Below, piece by piece: positions 37,917 through 47,436 of a DNA stretch of 64,000 bases; position 1 is the first letter of the stretch, and each line of letters begins with the position of its first letter. The DNA is from an uncultured Mucilaginibacter sp. (GTDB lineage: Bacteria > Bacteroidota > Bacteroidia > Sphingobacteriales > Sphingobacteriaceae): NCBI GenBank assembly GCA_903887275.1, contig CAISPD010000179.1, positions 16,912 to 80,911 of the forward strand, written 5' to 3'. The notes below the pieces were generated by a model. The model was not told where the DNA came from and made no database searches. It saw only the letters and a list, made by a program, of their open reading frames with translations. Position numbers and translations under genes: made by a program.

Positions 37917-39509
37917 TCACAATAGCCCGGCAACGTTTTTTAAATAGTTGTCCAGCATACTGATACTCACCAAATCATTCATATAACCAATATGCATATC
38001 CGGCCTTACAATAATTGCCTTTTCGCGGTGTGGGTCGGTTTCAAAGGCATCAAAAACCGCTAAGTTTTTTCCGGAAGGTGGCAGGTAAAAGAAATTAAGC
38101 ATCCCGGCATACCGGGTTGTTATCCACTTAGCGATATTGAAGAGCAGCATATCGTCAAATCGCCCTAAAATGATCAGGGTAAAGCCAGGCTTACTGCACC
38201 AGACGTGCAGGTCGGTGTCTTCTTTCTTTTTTTCATCATAAATTTCAATGAACGGAATCCTGTCACCTGCCCTGATTTTTTCCGATTTTGCCAGATGAAG
38301 GTTTATCCTGCTATCGCGATAGCTGATATTAGTCTGTGAAAGCCTCCTGAAAAAGGCATTTTTGAAGTTTTGTTTTCCCCACAAAAAGTGAAGCCCTGCC
38401 GGTAAGATATGTTTTTTAAATTTCTCTATGATCCAATTATCCGATAAACCAATATGGAAAGCCCTGTCTGTAGTAGATAATAAAGTTCGTGCGACAGGCA
38501 TGCGTTCTTCTGCGTAACTATTCAGGATATTTTCATGCATGTTTCCATTGATAACGCCCGCCAGCTTCCATGCCAGATTATATCCATCCTGCAATCCTGT
38601 ATTCATCCCCTGACCGCCAATGGGGGAATGGATATGTGCCGCATCACCGATCAGAAAGCAGCGGTTTGCCCTGAAGCGATCAGCCATCCGGTGGTGCAAT
38701 CTATAAGTGGTGAACCAATTCTCTTTTACAATTTTCAGATTCGATCGGGTAATTGCACCGATGCGGGGAATCAATTCATCTACTGATATATTTTCTGTGG
38801 TGTTATCTGGCAGATTTCCTATGATCCGGTAAGAATGCTTGTCACGAAGCGGGAATATTCCCACAAAACGCTCTATATCCAGATAAATCTGTACATAGTC
38901 ATCACCCTGCGGATAATTGTCCAAAACGGCATCGATCAAATAAAATTGTTGAGCATAGGTGTCGCCTGAAAAAGGTATCTGCAATTGCTTTCGCACTGTG
39001 CTATGTGCACCGTCTGCGCCAATTACCCAATCGCAATTTATAGTCCGGATGCCACCCTGCTGGTTAAGCCTGGCTATAACGGTATTATTTTCGTAGTGCA
39101 AAGACTCCAGCGAGGTTGCCCAATAAACGGGGCAGGCATGCGAAGTCAGGTAATCCAGCAGCAGACGTTCGTTCTTGTTTTGTTCAAATAGCAAAACAAA
39201 AGGGAATGGTGTTTGCCCTTGCCCGGTATCTGTCAATTCAAGTGTCGCCGGTGTTTTGCCGTAAGCATAATACTGCAATCCCTTTGAACGTTTGCCTTCG
39301 GATACCGCTCTTTCAGCGATGCCCATTTGACGGTATATCTCAAGCGTGCGTGCCTGCACCGCCAAAGCCTGGGAATGTATTGTTGGTCCTTGTTTATGAT
39401 CGATGATCACCGGCTGAATACCATAACGTAGTAGTTGGGCTGCCATCATAAGCCCGGAGGGACCGGCTCCTACGATCAATACTTTGCTGTGTTTATCGGT
39501 AAGCTGCAT
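37917..39509 (-). CDS. FAD-dependent monooxygenase (PheA/TfdB family)
   Basis: GAGPSGL, DWVIGADGAHS, GDAAHIHSPIGGQGMNTGLQD. Confidence 0.9.
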   Translation of the reverse strand: MQLTDKHSKVLIVGAGPSGLMMAAQLLRYGIQPVIIDHKQGPTIHSQALAVQARTLEIYRQMGIAERAVSEGKRSKGLQYYAYGKTPATLELTDTGQGQTPFPFVLLFEQNKNERLLLDYLTSHACPVYWATSLESLHYENNTVIARLNQQGGIRTINCDWVIGADGAHSTVRKQLQIPFSGDTYAQQFYLIDAVLDNYPQGDDYVQIYLDIERFVGIFPLRDKHSYRIIGNLPDNTTENISVDELIPRIGAITRSNLKIVKENWFTTYRLHHRMADRFRANRCFLIGDAAHIHSPIGGQGMNTGLQDGYNLAWKLAGVINGNMHENILNSYAEERMPVARTLLSTTDRAFHIGLSDNWIIEKFKKHILPAGLHFLWGKQNFKNAFFRRLSQTNISYRDSRINLHLAKSEKIRAGDRIPFIEIYDEKKKEDTDLHVWCSKPGFTLIILGRFDDMLLFNIAKWITTRYAGMLNFFYLPPSGKNLAVFDAFETDPHREKAIIVRPDMHIGYMNDLVSISMLDNYLKNVAGLL

Positions 39510-40219
39510 CAGGAACGAAACAAAAGAAATATGGTTGGACGTTTATGCAGATCGGGAATTTTTTGTTTCCATTCGGCAATGGTTTTGGTTTGCACGAATT
39601 CATCTTCACCGGTAAGGTTGCAAGCGATACACAATTGCGTTTTGGCTGTGCAGCTTCTCAAAATTTCTTCTAACAATTGATTGTTTCGAAAAGGGGTCTC
39701 AATGAATAATTGCGTTTGGTTGAACCGTGAAGCAGCAGCCTCTAATTCCTTTATTTTTTTTGCCCGGTCGGCTTTATCAATTGGCAGATAGCCATGGAAA
39801 GTAAAGCTTTGACCGTTGAAACCTGAGGCCATTTGAGCCAGCAAAATAGAGCTTGGCCCTACCAGCGGTACAACCTTTATACCCCTGCGATGAGCTTCTG
39901 CCACAATTTCGGCACCGGGGTCGGCTACACCGGGGCATCCTGCTTCGCTCATCAAACCTACATCGTGCCCGGCTGTCAAACCGATAAAGAAACTTGCTAA
40001 ATTGATATCACGGTTGTGTTTTCCGTAGTCGTGCAAAGAAAGCTCACTTTGTGGTATTTTTAGTCCGGCTTCCCGCAGAAAGCGCCTTGCCGTTTTTTCA
40101 TTTTCGACAATATATTCTTTGATCTGGTTGATGGTATCCGAAAGAAATGGCGTGAATGATTTGGAAGCCGCCTCATCAGCAAGGGGTACAGGGATCAAAA
40201 ACAAGGTTCCGTAAGCCAT
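39509..40219 (-). CDS. RsmI-like tetrapyrrole-type SAM methyltransferase
   Basis: LFLIPVPL, SEAGCPGVADPG, GPSSILLA, FIETPFRN; ATG 40219 within track ORF. Confidence 0.88.
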   Translation of the reverse strand: MAYGTLFLIPVPLADEAASKSFTPFLSDTINQIKEYIVENEKTARRFLREAGLKIPQSELSLHDYGKHNRDINLASFFIGLTAGHDVGLMSEAGCPGVADPGAEIVAEAHRRGIKVVPLVGPSSILLAQMASGFNGQSFTFHGYLPIDKADRAKKIKELEAAASRFNQTQLFIETPFRNNQLLEEILRSCTAKTQLCIACNLTGEDEFVQTKTIAEWKQKIPDLHKRPTIFLLFRS

Positions 40220-40274
40220 GTTGCAATTTGGCATTTTTATTTTTAATTTAAGCTTGAGAAAAAACAGGTTTAAT

Positions 40275-40991
40275 ATGAAATCATTGGGCACTAACTGGTT
40301 TATTGAAGGCGCGATCGATTTTGAGCACAAAAAGTATATCCTGCTTGATTATTTACAGGAGATTAATCGCCATTTTGACCGTAGCAGGTTGTATCCCAAC
40401 CTAACGGATCTGATCTTTCACTACAACAATCTTCTGGATTTTAAACGTAATAAAAGCGTTTTACAGCAGGTATTTCCGCAAAGGCTAACTCAGGCAGATA
40501 TTGACGCCCTGAAACTCACTTACCAAAAAATGGTTGAAGATGATAGCACTATGCGGGAAATTGAAAGTATTATTTCATTTGCACTGTATAAGATGGACCC
40601 TGCGATACAAATGGGTAAAGAGATCTATGATTTTGTGGAGAGTCGTCTCAAAATTGACCCTATCGGACTGGTACCACTGGTGCCGTTTAATGGCTACTTT
40701 TCGCTTCGCAATGGTAACGAACGAACTACCTGGGTGTACGAGTATCAACTTACAATTTTTGAAAATAAAGAGGACAAATTCAGGGGGATAAATATTCAGT
40801 TTGTAGATACCTATACAAATAGCCTATGCAATACGCCTGAAGCTATCAAACTCGACCTTATCAACAAAAGAAAGCACTTACCCAATCCGGCACTTTACTA
40901 TGTAGTGAGTGATATCACCTTCCCGCTGGAACAGACTTTGCTCCCGGTTGCCAAGAGGACATTGGTAAAGTATATTTCAACTGCCGCTTAG
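40275..40991 (+). CDS. Conserved hypothetical protein
   Basis: 238 aa from MKSLGTNWF; IDFEHKKYILLDYLQ; ETLLP-like QTLLPVAKR end. Confidence 0.8.
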   Translation: MKSLGTNWFIEGAIDFEHKKYILLDYLQEINRHFDRSRLYPNLTDLIFHYNNLLDFKRNKSVLQQVFPQRLTQADIDALKLTYQKMVEDDSTMREIESIISFALYKMDPAIQMGKEIYDFVESRLKIDPIGLVPLVPFNGYFSLRNGNERTTWVYEYQLTIFENKEDKFRGINIQFVDTYTNSLCNTPEAIKLDLINKRKHLPNPALYYVVSDITFPLEQTLLPVAKRTLVKYISTAA

Positions 40992-41042
40992 CTGAGTGAT
41001 ACATATTACGTTTGACTTTGTACGTTTTCAGTGGGTTTATTA

Positions 41043-41693
41043 TTAATAGCCAGGACCGATCAGGTCAAATTTGATTCGGCTATTGCGCTTGAAAGTTATA
41101 TTGTTCAGTGTACTATCGAGCATACCATTACCTGTAACCAGTCTCAGCGTTTTTATTTTTCCGAACCGCATATCGGACGAAAGCTGATAACTATGAACGG
41201 AGCCACTTCGCATAAAAAATTCCTGAACTTTAAGTCGAACTTTCCCTGTATCATTAACGATCATATAGCACCGATTGGTCTTCAAAAACTCCATGGTAGC
41301 TAATTTTAATGCTACCAACGAATCCCTTTTCTTCTTGTAATCATTGCTGTCAATAGCTAGCGGCATAAAATAAGTGCTATTGGTATTAATGTTAAATTCC
41401 ATAATAAACCTTTCACTTATTTTTTGAAAGAATCCACCCACAGGTATTACAGGGAAAAAAAGAGGCCCCATTAAAAGAGGGTGCCCAAAGCCATTGCTGG
41501 TATTAATTGACCCGATGGTATCACCTGCCTTGCCGGGGATCGATACCTTATAGTAAATCATTTTGGCATCGGTATGGCTATACCGGTGTTTGATGGTTTG
41601 GTGTGTAACTGAAGGCTCGTAATAATACTGCTTGCTGATGATGGCACAGCCTGAAAGCCAAACCAATGCTAATAAAAACCCTAGGCATTTCAT
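41043..41693 (-). CDS. Hypothetical lipoprotein
   Basis: Lipobox LSGC at residue 16. Confidence 0.7.
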   Translation of the reverse strand: MKCLGFLLALVWLSGCAIISKQYYYEPSVTHQTIKHRYSHTDAKMIYYKVSIPGKAGDTIGSINTSNGFGHPLLMGPLFFPVIPVGGFFQKISERFIMEFNINTNSTYFMPLAIDSNDYKKKRDSLVALKLATMEFLKTNRCYMIVNDTGKVRLKVQEFFMRSGSVHSYQLSSDMRFGKIKTLRLVTGNGMLDSTLNNITFKRNSRIKFDLIGPGY

Positions 41694-41742
41694 CTACGAT
41701 GCAGGTTAAAATATTGCAGTATTAGTTAATCCGGATGGCCGT

Positions 41743-42306
41743 TTATTTACCGCCAGATTTTGTGTATTCGTCGTTCAGGCCGGTAACAACATCTTTAGTT
41801 ATGTCTAAACTGTCGTCGCCATAAAGCATCGAAGGGCTCGATTTGGAATAAGTAAGCACTATCTTGTACCCTTTTTCTTTGGTATAACCTTTAAGGAAGG
41901 TAGCTATTTTTTCGTAAAGAGTGGTGTTTTCTGCAGCTTCAATTTCCTGTAATTGTTTGCCGGTGTTCTGTTGAAGTTCCTGCAAAGTTTGTTGCTCGGT
42001 AGCCAGTTTCTTTTCAGTAGCAGCTTTTTGTGCTGGTGTCAAAGCATTTGCTGTTTTTTGGTAATTGCTTACTTTTTTTTGAAATGCCTGACCTTTGACA
42101 GTGATCTCATCCTGCGCCTTTTGCGTTAGCGTTTGCAGTTTGATCTTTACAGCTTTAAAATAGGCGTAGTTGTTTAATAGGGAATCTGAATTTACAAATA
42201 CGATAGTTGGTAATGTTGGCGCAGCAGGAACTGGTGCTGCGGCATTCTGTGCCTGTGCGGCAAAGGTTGCCAAAACTATAATGGTAGCTATAGCTAATAT
42301 TCTCAT
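41743..42306 (-). CDS. skp: OmpH/Skp-family chaperone
   Basis: IVFVNSDSLLNNY, coiled coil, KGYKIVL, LDITKDVVTGLN. Confidence 0.9.
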   Translation of the reverse strand: MRILAIATIIVLATFAAQAQNAAAPVPAAPTLPTIVFVNSDSLLNNYAYFKAVKIKLQTLTQKAQDEITVKGQAFQKKVSNYQKTANALTPAQKAATEKKLATEQQTLQELQQNTGKQLQEIEAAENTTLYEKIATFLKGYTKEKGYKIVLTYSKSSPSMLYGDDSLDITKDVVTGLNDEYTKSGGK

Positions 42307-42389
42307 AATTCGTAGTATTAAATTAGAAAGACGCGAAGTTAGGGAATTGGTATGAAAAGTGATCGGTTTACTTGTGATTTGTTAACCTG

Positions 42390-42430
42390 GCAGAGATTTA
42401 CGAAGTTTTACAAACTTCGTAAATCTCTGC
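42390..42430. repeat. Perfect 19-bp palindrome (REP-like)
   Basis: GCAGAGATTTACGAAGTTT-TAC-AAACTTCGTAAATCTCTGC; no U-tail on either strand. Confidence 0.85.
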
Positions 42431-42466
42431 TATTACCCTAATCACAAATCACTGATTAACTAATCA

Positions 42467-43723
42467 CTAAACCAGCTTCAACAACGCTTCCCTTACCCTT
42501 GGCACTATCTCTTCTATGTCCTGCAAAGTGCTTGCACCAACGGATGCCCTGAACCAAAGTACATCTTCCTGCGCGCCGAAAGCAGAGAATGGCACCAGCG
42601 CCAGTTTAGCCTCTTTGATAAGGAAGAAGTTGATATCAGTAGCTGTTTTCAGCAACTTGCCATCAGGCGTGGTTTTGCCCGCATAATCAAATTTGATGGT
42701 CAGGTAAATAGCGCCCATTGGTTCGATGGAATCTACCTTAAATCCTTCTGTCTTTAATTGCTGGATGCCCTGGTGCAGGGTATTTAAACTGGCCTGAATA
42801 CGGTCTTTGAAATGAGACAGGTAGGCGTTTACTTCATTTTCATGTTTAAGAAATTTAGCAGTAGCCACCTGTTCAGCCTTCGGTGCCCACGCTCCCATAT
42901 GACCAACGATAGCTTTCATATGATTAATGACATCTGCAGGGCCAAAGCCCCAGCCAACACGAACACCTGTTGCAGCGAAGCATTTCGACCCACCGTCAAC
43001 AAAAACCGTCACTGGTTTTAACTCGGGACGAAGGGTTACGGGGTTAAAATGCTCATGCTTGCCAAAAGTAAGCTGGGAGTAAATTTGGTCGTACAATATA
43101 TACAAGGGCTTTTCACCGGCTTTGCGGCTTTTATTTTCTTGGATCACCAGGTCGCATATTTCTTCCAGGTTCTGTTTGGTGAACATGGTGCCAGTAGGAT
43201 TCAATGGCGAACAAAGAGCCAGCAGCGTTGCTCCTTTTAAATGTGGGCGCAACTCATCTGCGGTAGGCATAAAGTTATTTTCTGACTTTACCGGGATGAT
43301 CACAGCCTCAGCACGTGTCAGGTCGCAATAGTGGTTATTGTTCCAGGATGGTGCGGGAAAAACCACTTTATCGCCCGGATCAACCAGAGCCAGGTAGGTA
43401 GAGTATATCAGTGGACGTGAACCACCCGAAATTAGTATCTGGTTAGCGGCATATTCCAAACCAAAACGACTTTTCAAAAAGTCAGATACACTTTCGCGCA
43501 GGGCTAAAATACCATCTGCAGGCGGGTAATTGGTTTGATTGTCGCTATAGGCATCAACAATACCCTGCATTAAAGCAGCCGGGATTGGATAGATATTTGA
43601 ATCAAAATCGCCGATGGTTAGGTTGGCAATATTTTGCCCCTGCCTTTTTAATTCGTTGATCTCGCCTGCGATCTTGATAATTTCAGAGCCTCTTAAATTT
43701 TGGGCCAGTACCGATACACTCAT
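42467..43723 (-). CDS. PLP-dependent aminotransferase class I/II
   Basis: SPLNPTG, YDQIY, GGSKCFAATGVRVGW. Confidence 0.92.
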   Translation of the reverse strand: MSVSVLAQNLRGSEIIKIAGEINELKRQGQNIANLTIGDFDSNIYPIPAALMQGIVDAYSDNQTNYPPADGILALRESVSDFLKSRFGLEYAANQILISGGSRPLIYSTYLALVDPGDKVVFPAPSWNNNHYCDLTRAEAVIIPVKSENNFMPTADELRPHLKGATLLALCSPLNPTGTMFTKQNLEEICDLVIQENKSRKAGEKPLYILYDQIYSQLTFGKHEHFNPVTLRPELKPVTVFVDGGSKCFAATGVRVGWGFGPADVINHMKAIVGHMGAWAPKAEQVATAKFLKHENEVNAYLSHFKDRIQASLNTLHQGIQQLKTEGFKVDSIEPMGAIYLTIKFDYAGKTTPDGKLLKTATDINFFLIKEAKLALVPFSAFGAQEDVLWFRASVGASTLQDIEEIVPRVREALLKLV

Positions 43724-43753
43724 TTTTTTTGGAATAATGTGGCAAATATAGCA

Positions 43754-43844
43754 AAAGGAGAAAGGATAAAGGAGAAAGGAGAAAGGATAAAGGGGAAAGG
43801 TGAAAGGATAAACGAGTACGGATAAAGGATAAAGGAAAAAGGGG
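43754..43844. repeat. Heptamer tandem repeat, 13 in-phase units (AAAGGAG/T)
   Basis: Directly visible. Confidence 0.9.
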
Positions 43845-43964
43845 AAAGGGTGAAAAGTTGAGGGTGAAAGGAGAGTGGAGAATGGTGTGGTGTTTTAGAG
43901 GTATTATTTAATTGAGCGTTGCCACACTTTGTGCGCTTAGTGAAAATCTTGGTGCCCTCTGTGG

Positions 43965-44996
43965 TTAAATTGGCGAATTAAAGGCATGTGGCAAAAACTC
44001 GTCCGCCAGCAACCGGTAAGATTCCAACCTTTCCTCAAAATCTTCGGTAATGGTTGCGGCTATGATCTCATCCACTTGATATTCTTCAGCCAATTGACTT
44101 AGCTTTTGCTTCATTTCAACTGGCGTACCGGTAAGCACGCGCTTGCGGTTATGCCGGATACGCTCCAGTTCTTGCGTGTTGTAAGTTTTATCTTTAATGT
44201 CTTCATACCCCACCGGTACTATACCCTTACCCTGCTCAAACTGGTTGAATCTGTAATCCATCAGCGCCTGGTGCCGCCTGATCTTTTCTTCATCCTCCGA
44301 ACAATAAACAAAAATTGCCACACTGGCAGCAGGTTCGGCCTGCTCTTCGGATGGTTTGAAGCGTTGGCGGTAGGCTGCAATGGCTTGCGGACCACCAATA
44401 GGGTTTATAAAGTGCGCAAAAGTCATACCCATACCAAAGTGCGCAGCAAATAAACCGCTTTCACCACTGGAGCTCAAAAGCCACATCTCTGGGATAGTTT
44501 TTACTTGCGGGATGGCCCTTATTTTCGATTGCGGGGTACCCGGTTCTCCGCGATCATGGAAATAGTTAAGCAGATCATAAAGCTGATTGATAAATTCCTG
44601 CTCACTGAATTGGTTTGAGGGATTTAAAATAGATGCCGTCAACCTGTCGGTTCCTGGCGCGCGACCCATGCCCAGGTCGACCCTGCCGGGGAACAAAGCT
44701 TCCAGCATCCTGAAGTTCTCAGCAACCTTTAGGGTACTATGGTTTGGCATCATTACCCCGCCCGAACCTATCCTGATAGTGCTGGTTTGGCTGCCAAGGT
44801 AAGCGAGTAATACCTCCGGCGTTGAACCGGCAAGGGCGCCAGTATTATGGTGTTCAGAGATCCAAAAGCGGGTATAGCCTAATTGCTCGGTATATTTTGC
44901 AAGCTGAACGGTCTCCTGTATCGCCTTTGCAGCAGTGAGGCCTTTGCGGATGGGAGATTGGTCGAGAACGCTGAGTTTTATTTTACCTGTATTCAT
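43965..44996 (-). CDS. LLM-class (luciferase-like) flavin-dependent oxidoreductase
   Basis: LSVLDQSPI, WISEHH, GSGGVMMPNH, GRAPG. Confidence 0.92.
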   Translation of the reverse strand: MNTGKIKLSVLDQSPIRKGLTAAKAIQETVQLAKYTEQLGYTRFWISEHHNTGALAGSTPEVLLAYLGSQTSTIRIGSGGVMMPNHSTLKVAENFRMLEALFPGRVDLGMGRAPGTDRLTASILNPSNQFSEQEFINQLYDLLNYFHDRGEPGTPQSKIRAIPQVKTIPEMWLLSSSGESGLFAAHFGMGMTFAHFINPIGGPQAIAAYRQRFKPSEEQAEPAASVAIFVYCSEDEEKIRRHQALMDYRFNQFEQGKGIVPVGYEDIKDKTYNTQELERIRHNRKRVLTGTPVEMKQKLSQLAEEYQVDEIIAATITEDFEERLESYRLLADEFLPHAFNSPI

Positions 44997-45212
44997 TAAT
45001 CTATTAAACTACAAAGGTAGACAAGCACTTGTTTTTCATTTGTCAAGTTTTGAATGTCTAAGACTGATTTTTTGATCGTTTTTACCGATTTGCTTTTAGC
45101 TATCGATTTTAGAAATAACCCCAGTGTTAGCCATTCTTTTTTTGTTGAAATGAGTATTACATCAAAACGTCTTCCACCTTCAATTTTACCCAAATTAGCG
45201 TTAAGGATTGAA

Positions 45213-45290
45213 ATGGATACCGGCCTGCGCCTAATGCCTGCGGCCGTATGAATGGAAAGCCTGACCCGAGGTACGAGGGGAACGCCCTGA
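45213..45290. repeat. Degenerate REP-like elements
   Basis: GGATACCGGCCTGCGCC...GTATGA and ATGGAAAGCCTGACC...GGAACGCCC resemble recurrent Bacteroidota intergenic motifs (from recall, not searched). Confidence 0.35.
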
Positions 45291-45300
45291 TTGTCTGGAT

Positions 45301-45412
45301 CGGAATTTACAGAATTTAAGAATTTTCAGAATTTCTGAACTGGGATTTATCGAATTAAAGAATTTTTATAATTCAGGTAATTCTTTAATTCTGAAAATTC
45401 TGATTCTCACAA
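45301..45412. repeat. 9-nt periodic inverted repeat element (AGAATTT-type)
   Basis: Perfect AGAATTTTCAGAATT 45319-45333 / AATTCTGAAAATTCT 45387-45401. Confidence 0.8.
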
Positions 45413-45546
45413 AATACGAAAGCCAAACCGTCAAAAAAACCAACCTTCACCACCCAAAAATCTTTCTGACTTACGCGGACTTTCCGACTTCCGGACTTCC
45501 GAAGAAACTAATCTAAATTTCTATTTGTAAATAATACCAAAACACC

Positions 45547-45608
45547 TATCTTTGCAGTCCCGAAATTACGGGGTATAATAAACGTTTTATTAATTTAATT
45601 TTAAGCAA
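45547..45608 (+). promoter_or_regulatory. rplM promoter (-7 TATCTTTG) and 5' leader with hairpin
   Basis: TCCCG-AAATTA-CGGGG hairpin at 45558-45573. Confidence 0.55.
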
Positions 45609-46046
45609 GTGAATACGTTAAGTTACAAAACTGTCTCAGCCAATAAAAAGACCGTTAACAAAGAATGGGTTGTTGTTGACGCTCAGGGCGAGATTTTGGG
45701 GCGCTTGACTTCCAGGATCGCAGCGATCATCAGAGGAAAGCACAAGCCAGGGTTCACCCCAAACGTAGACTGCGGTGATAACGTTATTGTTATCAATGCA
45801 GACAAGGTAAAGTTGACCGGAAACAAATTCAGCGACAAGCAGTATGTTTCGTACACTGGTTATCCAGGTGGTCAGCGTTTCATTTCTCCTAAGGAGTTAA
45901 TGGCAAAACATCCTACAAGAGTGGTTGAAAAAGCCGTTCGTGGTATGTTACCTAAAAATCGTTTGGGCCGCGCCTTATTCGGAAACCTGCATGTATATGC
46001 CGGAGCCGAGCACCCGCATCAAGCTCAAAACCCTAAAGCCATTTAA
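45609..46046 (+). CDS. rplM: 50S ribosomal protein L13
   Basis: ILGRL, RGKHKPGFTPNVDCGD, VRGMLPKN. Confidence 0.98.
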   Translation: MNTLSYKTVSANKKTVNKEWVVVDAQGEILGRLTSRIAAIIRGKHKPGFTPNVDCGDNVIVINADKVKLTGNKFSDKQYVSYTGYPGGQRFISPKELMAKHPTRVVEKAVRGMLPKNRLGRALFGNLHVYAGAEHPHQAQNPKAI

Positions 46047-46070
46047 TTAATTATTTAAAGGAGAAAGAAA

Positions 46071-46457
46071 ATGCCAACAACTAACACTTCAGGCAGAAGA
46101 AAAACAGCAGTTGCCCGCATCTATTTGACCGACGGCAACGGCGCTATTACCGTTAACGGTAAAGATTACAAAGAGTATTTCCCAACACTGCCATTGCAGT
46201 ACATCGTTACCCAATCAACCGAAGTATCTGGTTCTACAGGTAAATTTGATGTTCAGGTAAATGTAGCAGGTGGTGGAGTTAAAGGACAGGCAGAAGCTGT
46301 TCGCTTAGCAATTGCTAAGGCTATTGTTGAACTTGATGCTGAAAAGAAACCTGCATTACGTGCCAAGGGTTTAATGACCCGCGACGACCGTATGGTTGAG
46401 CGTAAAAAACCAGGACGCAAGAAAGCACGCAAGAGATTCCAGTTCAGTAAACGTTAA
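46071..46457 (+). CDS. rpsI: 30S ribosomal protein S9
   Basis: SGRRKTAVAR, RFQFSKR. Confidence 0.98.
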   Translation: MPTTNTSGRRKTAVARIYLTDGNGAITVNGKDYKEYFPTLPLQYIVTQSTEVSGSTGKFDVQVNVAGGGVKGQAEAVRLAIAKAIVELDAEKKPALRAKGLMTRDDRMVERKKPGRKKARKRFQFSKR

Positions 46458-46475
46458 TTTAAGGAGGAAACAACA

Positions 46476-47339
46476 ATGGCAAGAACAACATATCAGGATC
46501 TGCTGGATGCAGGTGTACACTTTGGTCACCTTACCCGTAAATGGGACCCGAAAATGTCACAGTACATTTTCATGGAGCGCAATGGCATCCACATTATCGA
46601 TTTAAACAAAACTTTAAATAAAGTTGAAGAAGCTGCTTCAGCTATCAAACAAATTGTAAAATCAGGACGTAAGGTATTATTCGTAGCTACTAAAAAGCAA
46701 GCGAAAGATATCGTAGCTGATTATGCAAAATCAGTGAACATGCCTTTTGTAACCGAACGTTGGTTAGGTGGTATGTTAACTAACTTTGCTACCGTTCGTA
46801 AGTCGATCAAAAAGATGTCTAACATCGATAAATTGACCAAAGACGGTACTTACAGCAACCTTTCGAAAAAAGAAAGACTGATGATACAGCGCGAGCGTAT
46901 CAAATTGGAAGCCTTATTGGGCGGTATTGCCGACCTGAACCGCTTACCTGCAGCCTTGTTTTTGATCGACGTAAAGAAAGAGCATATCGCTGTTTCGGAA
47001 GCATTAAAGTTGAACATCCCTACTTTCGCTATGGTGGATACTAACTCTGATCCTTCTAATATCGATTTCCCGATCCCGGCGAATGATGACGCAACCAAAT
47101 CGATCTCTCTGATCACTGGTATCATCATCAAAGCCATTGAAGAAGGTTTGGATGAACGCAAACGCGAAAAAGAAGAAGAAGCAGAAAAAGAAGCAATAGC
47201 TGCAAAAGCAAAAGCTGATGCCAAAGTTGAAGCTCCTGCTGCAACCGCATCTGCTCCGGCTGAAGGCGGCAAACGCAAAAGAGTAGCCGAGGCTGAAGCC
47301 CCTGCTGCCGCTGCTGCTCCTGAAAAAACAGAAGAATAA
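46476..47339 (+). CDS. rpsB: 30S ribosomal protein S2
   Basis: AGVHFGH, RWLGGMLTN, PANDD. Confidence 0.98.
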   Translation: MARTTYQDLLDAGVHFGHLTRKWDPKMSQYIFMERNGIHIIDLNKTLNKVEEAASAIKQIVKSGRKVLFVATKKQAKDIVADYAKSVNMPFVTERWLGGMLTNFATVRKSIKKMSNIDKLTKDGTYSNLSKKERLMIQRERIKLEALLGGIADLNRLPAALFLIDVKKEHIAVSEALKLNIPTFAMVDTNSDPSNIDFPIPANDDATKSISLITGIIIKAIEEGLDERKREKEEEAEKEAIAAKAKADAKVEAPAATASAPAEGGKRKRVAEAEAPAAAAAPEKTEE

Positions 47340-47343
47340 TTAA

Positions 47344-47422
47344 ATTGTTGTAGTGGTTGTAAGGGTTGTACTGGTTATTTACTAGCGCAACTTTTGCAAC
47401 CATTACATCTTATACAACATTT
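47344..47422. repeat. 9-nt periodic GGTTGTA / TACAAC inverted element between rpsB and tsf
   Basis: gtggttgta agggttgta ctggtt ... gcaaccattaca ... tacaac. Confidence 0.6.
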
Positions 47423-47436
47423 TAAACTTTAAAAGA

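Noticed and set aside
44996-45193. 65-aa minus ORF whose stop overlaps the LLM start
   Set aside because: TTG start, runs through the LLM -7 element TACCTTTG, no motif
45211-45223. AAATGGATACCGG identical to the mgtA uORF start
   Set aside because: Part of a REP-like motif; similarity stops after 13 nt; likely coincidence
46030-46070. Slightly short L13 C-terminus as a third frameshift
   Set aside because: Tail length varies naturally; no evidence without an alignment
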